Source of the DNA: Camelus dromedarius | Lineage: Eukaryota | DNA: 64,000 nucleotides | Direction of reading: 5' to 3' | Assembly: GCF_036321535.1 (NCBI RefSeq) | Contig: NC_087436.1 | Location: forward strand, 12,462,001-12,526,000 | Shown: piece after piece, positions 37,572 through 50,832 of the stretch | Layout of the letters: every line of letters begins with the position of its first letter | Numbering within the stretch: position 1 is the first letter of the stretch | Notes under the pieces: model-generated | Told to the model about the DNA's origin: nothing | What the model saw: the letters and a program-made list of their open reading frames with translations, nothing else | Databases searched by the model: none | Position numbers and translations under genes: made by a program

Positions 37572-39524
37572 ATTGTAGGATGAAACACAGAGTTGCTATC
37601 CTTGTACTGATTTTTACTATGTCTCTTCTACTTTGATGATATCACTGTTCTGTTGAAATCATCTTGCTTGAATCATCAATTACTTTTGCTTTGACGATTT
37701 TTCAAATTATCTGCGTGCTGCTTTTATGAGACTGGTAGATTCTAAAGATCTTCCCTCCTTCCTTTTCCCCTACCACTCTCCCTCTCATCCTTCTTCCTTT
37801 CTTTCGTTTTCAGCTACCAAACTTTCTTGCAGAAGTAACACATTATTGGACAGAGCCTCTATTTCCCTCAGAAGACATAGATTTCCAGGCAAACTCTTCT
37901 TAGAGTTCTTATAAAAATTCTCATTCATCCCCCATCTATCTCCCTTTGTTTTGGTCAGATTGTTTGCCTTTGAACCTGTATTGTTTTCTGTTTGATTTTT
38001 TGTCATCTCTTTTCTGCATTTTAAATAAATACAAAAGATAATCCTCTTTTTTTTTTTTTTTTGGATCAGAGTTTTCATGAAGCTCTCTGAAGTTAACTGA
38101 AGAACCAGAGACCTAATGCCTGATGATGAAGAATTTCTAAATTTACAGCAATTGTTCCTATAATTGAGCTATGCAGGTACAGCTTCTTCCAGGGTCTTGC
38201 TCTGTCCTCAACAAACGTGAGTGCAACTACAATGATTGCAGCAGAGGGTGCCCAGTGGCAAAAGCACATGGCCTGGGCTTACAAGAGACTTCATAATATA
38301 TTTCTGGTTATTTCCCTCAGTAGAAATAAGTAAAGGATCAATGTTTCTAAGCAGGAAACTCCCAAGAAAAATCCACATTATCTGTGATGGAGTCAAGAAT
38401 TGGTTCCTTAATATCTTAAAGCTCAGCTCCTTCCTCAACTCATTTCCTGAAAATGCTGGAAAAGGGTTAAATTGGTACAAGTTGCATCAGGTTCCCACTC
38501 CTGATCAGTCAACTATGCCCATGAGCTGCAATCATATTTTACTACCATGAAATTGCTGAAACAATCAGGTTGGACCAACAGTGGACATTTTTCAAAAATA
38601 TGTGCTGCCCCAGAGTCTTAGAGATTTCTAGATGGTTTTAAGTCTGCAGTGGAGAGGGGGAAACATAACTGAGAGGGCTGTGTCACTCTAACTCTCTTTA
38701 ACCAGAGTAAAAAGCTTTTATGTGTTTGGGGTATTGGGCCGCTGATGCTAAAACAGGCTTTGGAAAAACCACAGTTGCAATTACCTGTGGAAGCACACAA
38801 TAGAAGTATAATGCTGTTAAAAGATCATGATTCTAAATGAGGTAGGCATTACCAGGGTCAATTAAATTCAAATAGCTAATGGGTTGTGTCCTACCTGTGT
38901 GGAAAACTGTCCAGTGACCATAATTTATTATTCATGGAGTGATTATTTAGTACTAGGCACTGTGGCAAGCTCCAGCTGAGAGAAATAAATGTTTTATAGT
39001 TTCTTTGTGGTTGTACTCCTCAGTCCTTATGTCCCATGTAGGCACTTAATAAACCTTATCTGAAAAATGGGCATACAGAGAGTGAGAATTAGTCAATTCA
39101 TGAAAAATACTTAGTTATTGCCAGACACACATTTTGTGCTTAATATGCTATCTTTTATTAGTGGTATTATTACTGTTGCTATTAATAATGAAACTATTCA
39201 TCAAGGACAGTAACTTTAATGAGTGGATTTGAAATTTGAAATCTTGATCAACCTAAAATTTCTATTCCATTGCTGGTGTCTACAGACAAAATTTTCTAGA
39301 AAACCTCAGACAGTTGCAATTGTGTGAGACTTAAGAGATGAAGATTAAGAAAGAAAAGAAACTCAGTGGTAAGCCCAGTATTCAGCATCAGATTTCACCT
39401 TAAAGAGTTTCTCATTTCCAAAGCATGGCCCAGAAGCTAAATAGAAATTGGTAGAAGAGAAACTGGGCGGAAGCTTCAAAATTCTCATGGGGTTAGCTAA
39501 TGGGAAATCAAATACCAGGTACAA

Positions 39525-39724
39525 TAAGGTTGCCACATAAAAGACAAGGTGCCAGTCAGCTTTGAATTTCAGATAAAAAACAAAAAATCTTTTAGCCTAA
39601 GTATGTTTTCACATAATATTAGCAATTCAAAGTTCAAAATTAATTGAGCATTCCTTTTATTTTGTTTTAGGTTTTGCTTGTTTGTTTACTGTTTTGTTTG
39701 TTTATATGTAATCTGGCAGCCCCA
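39525..39724. mobile_element. MER53-like hAT MITE
   Basis: Ends GGTTGCCACAT / ATCTGGCAGCC; internal TTTGAATTTCAGATAAA..TAAGTATGT match recalled MER53. Confidence 0.75.
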
Positions 39725-40719
39725 GAAGGAAGGACTGTGCCAAATAACCAAGATTTTTGGCTGGGACTCCAGAAAAATCTATAATCTAGAACCAGCAATG
39801 ATGTAAGTCCGAAACTGCTGGTTTGGCAAGCGTAGCTAGTTGAACACTCGCTTATCACTCACAACCACAGGCTAGATAATGTGGTTGAGTCTAGCTCTGC
39901 ATACATGAGGGAAAGGTAGGTGTATCATGTGCATAGATAGGGTTATTTACATACCACCCTCTTCCTCCTGTTGTTAAGTGATAAGAATGGTTCAGAGGAG
40001 TTTCATGTTCTTTGGGAAACTTGATTATTCTATCGTCAAATCATATTTGTGCTGGGAGCCCGTCCTCAAAATCGCATTTTCCCAGCCTTGCACAGTCCTT
40101 CTGTAATACCGTTTTTTGTTTTGTTTTGTTTTGTTTTGTTCTCTTTCTTTATCCAGAAACTGTTTTTTTCCATCAATCAAGTGAACGAATTTTGTGTTTA
40201 ACTGTGTACTGGCCATGGTATCATGCATGTACTGAGTTAAGCAAAATGGCTGTTATTTAATTCAGTTTAACGAATATCAGTACATGTTTATCTATCATAC
40301 ATTAGATAAAACTGAGCTTTACGTAAGGATTTAGCTCTAGGGAATTTCTTTAATTTATTTACATGGCCACTCATATGCTCCCCAAAGCTAGAATATTTTC
40401 TGAATTTTTGAGTTCTGCCCATTTCCATTTTCAATATTGGTCACTCATATCCACACAAAGCCCATTTCGAATAAAAAAAAGTCACAACAGAAAGTAATAC
40501 GAGTCTTTAAAACTTTTGTTTCTAGAAGTTGAAATTGGTAAACCTCATAAAAATTGTTGGATAGCATTATTTTCTTGGCTAAACTCCTATTTATTGAAGT
40601 GAAAAGGAAGAGAAGAATGTTGGGATTATTCTTAGTTATGTCTGTCAACATCCCACCCTCAGCACCTCTGCCTCATCAAGGACTGTTAATTGTCTGAAGT
40701 GTTACCCGAGTTTAGCGTC

Positions 40720-41293
40720 TGAGACAGGAGGGAAGAGGACAGGGCACAGCCACTGAAGGAATGACACAGCAACGAGGAGAGGACCCACTGGTTAGAACCA
40801 AGATGGCCGAAGATTCGACTTCCAGTAGACCTTGAGCCTCATGCACACCCACAGGTGCTATGACAGTTCTTAAGCTGACCATAAAATGTCAAAAAGTGGG
40901 CAGGAGCCCAATTCATGGAAATCCCTTCCCTTTCCCCAAAGTAGTTGGAATAATCCTCCTACTCATTAGCATATGCAATTACTGAGCCTGTAAGGCCTAA
41001 CAGCTCTGCACCGCATGGTCGCTCTCTCTCTTGCCTTCTGAGACGGCCCACACCCTGTCTATGGAGTGTGTAACTGCTTTTACTTTAAATGAAGCACCTC
41101 CACACCTTTTGGTCTCTCTCCCTCTCACATTCTGCCTATGGAGTGTGTATCTCCTAAGCTGCTCTCCCTTCTGAGAGAGACAGACCCCACTCTGTCCATG
41201 GAGTGTGTATCTCTCTAAATAAACCTGCTTTCACTTTACCACGCCTTGCTCTTGAATTCTTTCCTGCATGAGGCAAGAACCTGTTCTCCAACA
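40720..41293 (+). mobile_element. MER41-like ERV1 solo LTR
   Basis: CCAAGATGGC, CCCAATTCATGGAA, GAATAATCC, three (C/T)ATGGAGTGTGTA repeats, AATAAACCTGCTTTCACTTTA..CTTGAATTCTTTCCTGC..CAAGAAC. Confidence 0.75.
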
Positions 41294-41751
41294 ACACTAC
41301 CACAACTCATTAGTAGTTCATGGATGGTGGCAAAAGGGAAAAGATTTCTGGGTCAGAGACAAAGGACTTTATTACTCACGGCAGGGCAAGCATGAGAATC
41401 AGCATATTTGCATTCCCTCCCTAGTCCCTAGTCCCAATTCCCAGAGGGGGACATAAATAGGCCCAGATAGATGGCTGCACCCTGAGTGGTTTGTATTAGA
41501 GCAGAAGAAACTTAAGCTTCTGTAATTGGTGGAACGCATGCTCAACTCTTTGCTGTAGAAAAGCAATTTTGGGGGGTTTTTTTACTTGACAATAAACATG
41601 CATGCTCTTTGCTTTGAAGAAAGACACTATTTTTTCAAGGCTGTTTGGCACAGAAACACTAAAAGGTAGCTGAGAATAAGAGGGCAATCAGCACCTCTGT
41701 CTTAAGACACATAGGAACATTGAGAGATCCATGGAGAATGCTCTCCCAACA
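41294..41751 (-). mobile_element. ERVL-class LTR (LTR53/MER54 group); remainder possibly at about 40675-40719
   Basis: Minus strand begins TGTTGGGAGAGCATTCTCCATGGATCTCTC and contains AATAAAGTCCTTTGTCTCTGACCCAG. Confidence 0.75.
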
Positions 41752-43004
41752 GTCAAAAAAAAAAAAAAAAAGAATCGTTAAAAAAACCAACATTCAATTG
41801 GCTTGGTATAAACCTCTCCTAAATTTTCCAGACAATAATTAGAATTGGAAGACAAAGTCCATGTGTAAATGGAAGAGATTATTTTTTTGCATTTGACAGT
41901 TCATTGTTTTCCTTGGGTGACCTCATGAAAAATATGTGCCAAGCAATTTGTGCATGAAATAGAACTTTCTCTGGGATGATGATGAAAGTTAGTGAGGAGC
42001 TTGGCTTGCTCTCCACCACTTCTCACTGCCCTTTCCCCTTTTCTTCCACGTGAGATGATGCAGCAGAAATACACGAAACACCAGGTACTCAACAGACATT
42101 GTAAATGAAATTCAATAAGGGTCAGAGCAAAGGGTATTTCCTCAAGGACATGAGGCTAATGTTGAGTATCTGCGCACGCAACACAATCCATTCTAACCCT
42201 TGAAAGCTCCAGGATTAAGCATTTAAAAAAAGACACCAGAGACCTGCACGGAGCAGGTGCTGGATTTCCATTCCCTTTGCTGCTCTGTTCTTTCAGAGCC
42301 CCAGCAAGCTCTCCTCTTTAACTACATGCTATGGAGGTTGAGCCCACTGTCCTCATCCTGAGATACTACATTTTGTATCTCAGATTTTGCTCTTTTTCTT
42401 CATCCAGTCCTTCTGTCCATATTTGGCCTCTGAGTCCATGCAGAGCCATTTATCCAGCTTGGGCTCAGCAGCCGCCCTCTGCAATTATGTCACCTCCTGC
42501 TCCAAAGCCGAGCCATATTTTTATTCTCTATTATCCTCTCCACAGGCCTCCTGAATAAATCCTTCTTTCTCAAATTCTTCATAAAGCAATGGCCCAGATT
42601 AAGTCATTCATGTGAATCTTCATTTTAATTATGTTATTCACAGAAACATTAAGCTCTTTTCAGAGTTCGGCATGGCTCATTCTCTTTAAAAATGTGATAC
42701 CCCGGGTTATGTGAAAAGGCTATAAATGAGACATATTAGAAACTGCTTGATCTGCTTCTTCTGACACCAGGATATTTGGCTTGAAGCTGTTTTTTAAAAA
42801 GCCTCCTAAATATGATGAGACCTGTTTTACTTTGGGTGCCTTCTTCCGTTTCCCCAGACATTTTATGATGTCGCATAAAATCTTTTCTCCATTCACAGAA
42901 AATATGTTTAATTCACCGATATTTAAGTGTGTTTGTATTGGGGTAGGGGGAAGGAGGCATATTGTGATTCAAAGGGATATTTAGAGGAAAGATTAAAAAT
43001 AAAA

Positions 43005-43242
43005 ATAAATTTTGAGATTTGCAAATATTAACTACTTTATATAAAAACAGATAAAAAAACTAATTTCTTCTGTATAAGGCACTATATGGGGCACTATATT
43101 CAATATCTTGCAATAACCTTTAATGAAAAAAATATGAAAATGAATATATATGTATATATATGCCTGACTGGGACATTATGCTGTACACCAGAAATCGACA
43201 CATTATAACTGACTGTATTTCAATAAAAATAAATAAATAAAT
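43005..43242 (+). mobile_element. Camelid-type L1 3' terminus
   Basis: GAGATTTGCAAATA..CTATATTCAATATCTTG..TGACTGTATTTCAATAAAAATAAATAAA. Confidence 0.88.
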
Positions 43243-44371
43243 TTCCTAGGTAATTGGGCTTTGAACTCATTAGAGGGACATTTTTAGCATCAGAATATGT
43301 TAAAGATTAAAACTGAACCTCGAGTTGGATTCCCTTATTTTACAAATAAGGGAATTAATGGCCAAGGTCACCAATGGAGTAAGAGGCAGAGCCTGGAACA
43401 GAATCGGATCAAGGATCACCAAGCCAGTGTGTGTCCCATTTTAATGCAGGCAAGCAATAGTCAGACAAGCATGGAGTGAAACTCTTGCTGTGTTGAGTTC
43501 TGAAAAAGAGCTCATTTTATTCTGAGACTATAATCAGGAAAATAGTCTGAGCTATTACTCAGCCCTCCGTCCTAGAGAACTCTGGGAAAGAAAGACTACT
43601 CATACAGGGAAGCAGTTATTTATTTATAAGTGAGCCAATATTAGATACCATCCAAGCAGGGCTTTTGAGTGAAGACTGAGTTGGAGTATGTGACTCAGGC
43701 ATGAGTCTAAGTAGGACTCTTATCTTCTTCTGAAGGTAAATCTTGAATATGCCTGGAAGACCTGGACCAACACAGCGTAAAAAGCCAGGAGCCAAAGGCA
43801 CATGAATCCTCTTGGATGCTTAATTATATATTCCAGGGAAGGAGAAAGGGAGAGCGCAACCTGGTCAAATTCCCCTGGAAAAGCAGCACAGAAGGTCATA
43901 GACAAGCACCGACCATCTTGTCACAGTAGCCCACCCATCCCAGCTCATAAAACCAGATCCAATCTGTGTTCTAATCCACAAAGAGCCCCTCTTTGGGAGG
44001 TGTTAGCAAATGGAGAGCTCCCTAGATTAGGAAGGACACCAAAGCGTGGGTCCTTGCCACCTGAAAGGATTCATTGAGCAGAGGCAGAGGGCTGAAATGA
44101 GCAGCTGCTTTATTGCTCAGAAGGGGAAATGGAAGGAAAGTGAGCAAAGTGCTTAGCAGAGAGAAGGAGAGAAAGGCAATGGAGTAGGGAAAGGAGGTGC
44201 TTGAGCAGGGAGCCATCAGCCAAGGCAGCCAGTAAAGACAGCTCTGGCCCTGGTCTGGCCGTGGGGTCTTTTGTTAGAAGGTTCTGCCATCGTTGTCTAT
44301 ATTCTGGTGCTGGAGTTAATTATTTTCTAATACAGGCTCCATCCTCCCTCAGAACTCAGCCCTGAAACAGG

Positions 44372-44800
44372 ATCGTCATTCTAAGAGAAGTCAGCCAAAA
44401 AGAGAAAGAAAAATAGCATATGACATCGCTCATATGTGGAATCTAAAAACAGGAAAAAAGAAAACTCTAATGAACTTATCTACAAAAAAAAAAAAAAAAA
44501 AAAAAAAACAGACTCACAGACATAGTAAACAACCTCATTGCGACCTGGGCAGGGGAATGGAAAGGTATAAATTGGGAGTTCAAGATTTGCAAATATTAAT
44601 TAGTATATACAAAATAGATTAACAACAAGTTTCTTCTGTGTAGCACAGGGAATTATATTCAATATCCTAAAGTAATTTATAATGAAAAAGAATATGAAAA
44701 GGAATACATGTGTGTATATGTATGACTGAACCATGCTGTACATCAGAAACTGGCACATTGTAAACTGACTATACTTCAATAAAAAAAACAAGCAAAAAAA
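44372..44800 (+). mobile_element. Camelid-type L1 3' end, 5'-truncated
   Basis: GTCATTCTAAG..CATATGTGGAATCT..CAGACTCACAGACATAG..CTTCAATAAAAAAA. Confidence 0.92.
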
Positions 44801-46302
44801 GCAACTAGCAGAAACTTTGGTGGGAATAAAGAAAGAGATACTGGGGTCTGTCCTTGGATTCTAAGGAGCCAGCTGTGGCATAAGAGAAATGTCCTGCCTT
44901 TTCATCAGCTGGGTACCTCCTCTCCCTTGTTAATCAGCCAAGGGCAGTAAGCCTGCCTGGCCACCTCTCTCAGAGGGACCTAGTGAGGGGGTGGGCAGAG
45001 GAGAAGAAGCAGAGCCTGGAGGACAGAAGCATCTCCTTCCCAATAGTGGTGCTGGAGTAACAAATCCCACACAGAACACAAGATTCCAAGGACGGGAGCC
45101 AAGCATCATCATCTTTATTTGATGACTTAATCCTGAACATATGGCTTAATATAAATCAGTAATACTATTAAATGCCCTCATTATTCACAAACAACAGGAT
45201 CTACTGTGATTAGAACCAAACTCTTAGTACACACCTAAACTAATAATAAGATGCTCCCTTAAATACATTTTAAAATTATTTTAAACTGCTTCCATCTGTT
45301 GATCAATGAATCTAGCCAAAGCAGAAAATATAAAGCCTAATTTTTAAAAAATTCCTAGAAAAATAATTTCCTCAACTAGCCCCAGAAATCTCTCTGTAGG
45401 TGTGTATTGTATCAGTTACAAAAGGAAAAGAGAGACTGGGGTCAAGGGACCCATTAGAGTAAAAGGATGCTAAGACCCCAGGTTCTAAGCTTCCAGCTCA
45501 GCATTTTTCACTTATACTTCACAGTCTCTGAATGCAGGAAGAAGAGAACGGGCATGTCTCATTGTTTAAATCATCAGCATTAAAGTCTGCTGCAAATACA
45601 CAGGATCTGGTTTGCCCAGAAGCAGAAAAACAAATTAATGATCAACTGGTCCAGTTATGACCTTTAGTTTATGAGCTCATCACTACATTTCAAAACAACC
45701 TTCCTTCAAAATGATCCTCAGAGCCTTCATTGCTACCACTTCAAAACAAGGCCATCCAAACTAGACAAATGTTAAATTAGCACATTCAGGAGCTATGAAA
45801 TCCCACAGCTACCAGAAAGTCATTGAACATACTTTCTAAAATTTCTAAATTCCAGTACAAATGTTAAGAAAACACCTGCCAGGCATCCTAATGGGACATT
45901 CAGAGAAAGTCTTCCACCATCCCCTAATCAGACGAAGTTTAAACCAAAATCAAACCGTTTCTCTTCGTCCCTCCTGCCATTGAGCTGTACATAACACAGA
46001 CATAAAAGATGGACCCCACCTGACTAAAGAATGATGTTATAATTTGAAGTAAGCCCTCAACATAGGTGAAATTCTCAGAGCCTCTTCCCCCAAACAATAG
46101 CTGCTGCCACAGCCAGACTTCTGCAATATTTTCTAAGCCGTTGACCTGAGGTGGAGGTGAAAGTTCCATTGGCTGAGTATACTCCAAACTAACTTTTCTT
46201 CTGCCAACTTTTTTTACACACATACACACAAACACACACAAAACCTAACAATATTTTTCTAGACAGAATTTTTTTAAAACATCAGTTATTTAAAACTGGG
46301 CT

Positions 46303-46899
46303 TAGCCAAGACATGGAAACTACCTAAATGTCCATCAATGGATGACTGGATAAAGAAGTTGTGGTATATTTATACAATGGAATACTACTCAGCCATAAAA
46401 AAGGATAAAATAATATCATTTGCAGGAACATGGATGGAACTGGAGACTGTCATTCTAAGTGAAGTAAACCAGAAAGAGAAAGAAAAATACCATATGATAT
46501 CACTCATATGTGGAAGAAGGAGAAGAAGAGGAAGAGGAAGAAGGAGAATGAAAGAAGAAGTCACAAATGAACTTATCTACAAAACAGAAACAGACTTACA
46601 GACATAACAAACAAATATGGCTATTGGGGTGGTGGCAGGGAAGGGATAAATTGGGAGTTTGAGATTTCCAAATACAAACTACTATATATAAAATATATAG
46701 ACAACAAGTTCATATTGTATAGCACAGAGAACTATATTCAATATCTTGTAGTAACCTATAATGAAAAAGAATATGAAAAAGAATATATGTATATATATGT
46801 ATGACTGAAATACTATGCTGTGCACTGGAAATTGACACAACATTATAAACTGACTGTACTTCAATAAAAATATATATATATACAAAAAATAAAAAACAA
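46303..46899 (+). mobile_element. Camelid-type L1 ORF2 end plus 3' UTR
   Basis: ORF 46338 DDWIKKLWYIYTMEYYSAIKKDKIISFAGTWMELETVILSEV; ends AATAAA and an A-rich tail. Confidence 0.93.
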
Positions 46900-47431
46900 A
46901 TTAGTCTTTTTTTTTTAGGAATAAAGAAGTTAACTATGATAAAAAGCACTTAGAGCATTGCCTGCTGCAAAATCAGTTTTTAATACACATTAGCTATGAC
47001 TTTTACCCTGATACTTCAGTGGAGAGGCAGATAGAACCTCAGTTAGACTAAGAATAGTGAACTCCAGTTACTTCCATCTGCCCAGCATCCCTGTCCCTTA
47101 TTAAGTGTCCCTCCCAGGACTCCCTTCCTACCTCCCATCATCTGCCACTTATCTTAACTATCTTCCACTTTCTTGTCGCTAAGATTCTCACGATTGGGTT
47201 TCAATCTCCCAGAGCCCACAAGACAGATGGTAGCCTTGCAACTTAACTCATATCTGTGGGAAAGCAGGTGTTTATTATCAGACTCTTCCCAGATCCTATA
47301 TTTGCATTTTCACTGCAGTCTTCTGAAGATACAATAGCATAGCTGGTGGCTCACACACTTCCCACAGCACGTGAGTCATCCAAGTCTGCCCCAAAGCTGA
47401 ATCAGACTCTCTAAGAGTAGAGCCTGCATGC

Positions 47432-48200
47432 TTTTTACTAACAAGTTTATTGAGTTCTAGTTCACATAGTGCAAACTTCACCTTTTTTTAAGTATACAAT
47501 TCAGCGGTGTTTACACACACAACTATGCAATCATCACCACAATATAATTTCAGAACATTTTCGTCACCCCAAAAAGAAAGCCCAAACCCATTAGCAGTCA
47601 CTACACATTTTCCCCTCCTCCCATCCCTAGGCAACCACTAATATACTTTTAAATCTCTATAGATTTATCTAATTATCAGCATTTCATTCAAATGGGTACA
47701 TGAACTATGTGTCTTTTTGTGACTAGGCATCTTTCATGTAGCAGAATGCTTTAAAGCATCAACCATATTAGCTCAATTATCAATATTTCATTCTTTTTAT
47801 TGCTGAGTAATATTCCATTATATGGATACACCACATTTGTTCACTCATCAGTAGATGAACATTTGGGATTAGCTGCCTTTTCTTTACCTAGATTCTTGAG
47901 GTAGAGATTCAGTTCTTGATTTGAAATCTTCATTCTTTTTTTTAATATAGACTATAAATTGTTCTCTAAGCACTGCTATAACTGCATCTCATAAATTTTG
48001 GTATTTTGTGCTTTCATTCCATTCATCCCAAAGTATTTTTTCATTTCCTTCATGATTTCTTCTTTGACGCATTGACTATTTAACGTGTTGTTTAAATTCC
48101 ATATATTTGCAAGTTTTCCAAGTTTTCTTCTGTTAGTGATTTCTAATTTTATTCCATTGTGGTTGGAGAACCTACTTTATATGATTTCAGTGCCTTAAGT
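47432..48200 (-). mobile_element. Old L1MB-like 3' end and ORF2 fragments
   Basis: CAATCATCACCACAAT..CAGAACATTTTCGTCACCCCAAAAAGAAA..CCCTAGGCAACCACTAA; ATTCCATTGTGGTTGGAGAA. Confidence 0.85.
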
Positions 48201-48279
48201 TCTGAGGGGATGTGGACCTGATTTTCCAGGGAATATAAAACCTACAAATGATAATTTTTAAATGAGTAAAACATATTGG

Positions 48280-49140
48280 AAATTTTGGCAAAGGTGAGTA
48301 AATATGATGGATTTATTCATGAGGCAAAAGGCTTCTGAATCTTTTACTGCAAATTGTTACATGGATGATATACAAAGAGAACAAAATTAGAATTTGTATT
48401 TTCTTTCTGTCAAAAATGCAGAGGAGTTTTTGTGTCCAGATAGCAGAGGTCTTCTTAATACCAAAATATTTTGTTCTGTTCTGTGCTTCTGACATATTCT
48501 TAAATCATTTAAACAAAGTGTCCTAGAATTCATTTTAGCTGACTTTTTAAAATGTATTTCCTATAACAATTTCTTGCCTTCAGATCCTGTTGACATCTTA
48601 ACTCCTCTAAACACTCACTGATTTTGCTGTTATCTAATCTGTATCCCAATTTAAATTAAAACAAAAAGCAAAAGATTTTTTAAATATCTAAAATATCTTT
48701 GGTTTCCCTAAATGGCAGTTAGCAACAGAAAAGTTTTCTTTTTCTTCTTATAAAAAGTACATAATAGGAATAGTTAGATATGCTTGACTTCTCCAAATTT
48801 TAGTTACCTCTACTCTATTGTGAGACTTTTTGTTTACCAAGTTTAGGATGAAAAATAATCTGAAGAAAATTAAAAGAGAAGTTCAGCTTTCCCAGTTAAA
48901 TTACAAGTAAAATGTGCTAACAAAATATGTTGTAATGATTGTGTACTTTTCAGATTTAAAAGAAAATCATGTTCAAATAATAGTGAAATACCTGTCTACA
49001 AAAAGACTTATTTCTAGTTAAAATGCTCTTATCAGTCAAGGACAATTATAATATACCTAATATGGCAAATTAAAGTCCCTGGAGATTTGTTAATGTGCTT
49101 AATTTTCATAACATCCTCTTACTCCAACAAAGTCATTAAT
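48280..49140 (-). mobile_element. Possible MER4-group ERV1 internal fragment
   Basis: AT-rich sequence resembling the reverse complement of MER4-group internal consensus; weak. Confidence 0.4.
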
Positions 49141-50640
49141 TAATAACAAATTAATTGTATGCTGTAATTCAACAAAATATCTCGCTCTTTTGTATTTTCA
49201 TAATTATGATTGTCGTAATAAGTTATCCACTGCTAAGTAGTCATTGTCATCCAGACATGCAGATCTCACACTCCCTAGTAATTGTTCTTTTCTTAGGAGT
49301 CTTTCGCTCCCTGCCCTCGTGCCTTGTGCATGTGCAAAATGCTATCAATTCAAAGATTTCATGGGATGCCCGTGTACATTTCTGGAGTCCTTTCTCCACA
49401 GCTTGCTCCTCTTCAGTACTCTTCCCTGAAAGTTCCAGCTACCCCAAAGTCCTTGCATTCTTATTTCTGTCTCTTCAACTCAGCAAGACTACTGGTTTCC
49501 CTCTTTGTGCTACTTACTGTCTAGTTCTTCTTGCATGAAGAAATCCAGGACAATAAAATGATAAGATGCATTTTTTCCCATTGCTCAGAGATCACAGTTT
49601 GAATTGCTATTTGTCCCATGTCTGAAAAAGAGCCGTTACATATAATACCCAGATTTTTTAGGTTTTCTTTTTCTGACGGGAAGGTGAGTGCAAATACTTT
49701 TACTCCATTATACCCAGAAATACAATTCGAAATATTCGCTAAGACTGGTTTTACATAGTCACATATGTATTTCAAAACCCTAGACTTACTCGTCATCTCA
49801 AAGAAGACAATAATAAAATATTTTCTGAGTCATCTTGTCAGAAATGACTCAAGATTTACTTCAACAGATGGTACTGTAAATCTGTATCTAAACACCATAT
49901 GTGTTAATTCTATGACAGTACCAAACAAAAAAAAAATCTCTTTTTACTTCCCGCCACTTCCATCACCAAATCCTAGCCCAGCTGTTCTACATCGCAATGC
50001 TCACTCCTTTGAAAGAGTTTAATGCCAAATCAAAAAGAGCAGTAGGAGTGGTTTTCTCCACACACATCAATTTTAAACAGTGTTAGCTTCTCTAAAATTA
50101 CATGGAACCTAGGCTCGCTAAAGAAATCTTTCATTTTACTGCAGGTGACATCTATTTGGCTTTATGTAATTTTTCTTTGCTCAGTAAATACTTCTTGCAA
50201 AATCAAAAAATGGGCTGCTATCAAATCAATACAGCAAAATATTCAAGAACTAAGAAAGACGTAAGGAAATGTAACCTTTTTACATTCAGAACAGCTGCTG
50301 AAAAATACCAAGTAATCTGACATTTCATCATCTGTGAATCGAACTTACGTTGCCTTTTACAGCCCATCGACCTACAAGTCCGCCTTGGGCTTTACCAGTC
50401 TTGAGAATTTTGCTTCTCCTCACTAGGGAAAGAAACAAGATATCTGAAAAATAAAGAGCTGTCAGGTAAGTCCACTGTGTGTACCTTCAGAAGGTAGACA
50501 TCCTGTGTGATCTTGGATAGAATCCTCAAGGGAGGAAATCAATCCAGAAAGAAAGAAAACAGAAATGGCACTACCAGTTAATAGCATCATTAAAATAAGT
50601 AGGGATTTCAAAAAAGAAAAATATGAAAAACCAAATGGAG

Positions 50641-50716
50641 GGGGAGGATATAGTTCAGTGGTAGAGTGTGTGCTTGGCATGCACAAGGTTCTGGATTCAA
50701 TCTGCAGTACCTTCAC

Positions 50717-50767
<51 letters not shown>

Positions 50768-50824
50768 ACAAACCGAATTACCTCCCCCCAAGAAAAAAAC
50801 CACAAAAAATTAATTGTTTTTTAA
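50641..50824 (+). mobile_element. Vic-1-type camelid tRNA-derived SINE
   Basis: GGGGAGGATATAGTTCAGTGGTAGAG (A box), GGATTCAATC (degenerate B box), (TAAA)n, AATTACCTCCCCC tail; TSD AAATGGAG at 50633-50640 and 50825-50832. Confidence 0.9.
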
Positions 50825-50832
50825 AAATGGAG

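Noticed and set aside
39525..39724. miR-1302-like hairpin from MER53
   Set aside because: The right arm is partly deleted and degenerate, so a long stem is not supported
50641..50715. tRNA gene
   Set aside because: It is a SINE head: degenerate B box, no proper acceptor stem, followed by (TAAA)n and flanked by a TSD
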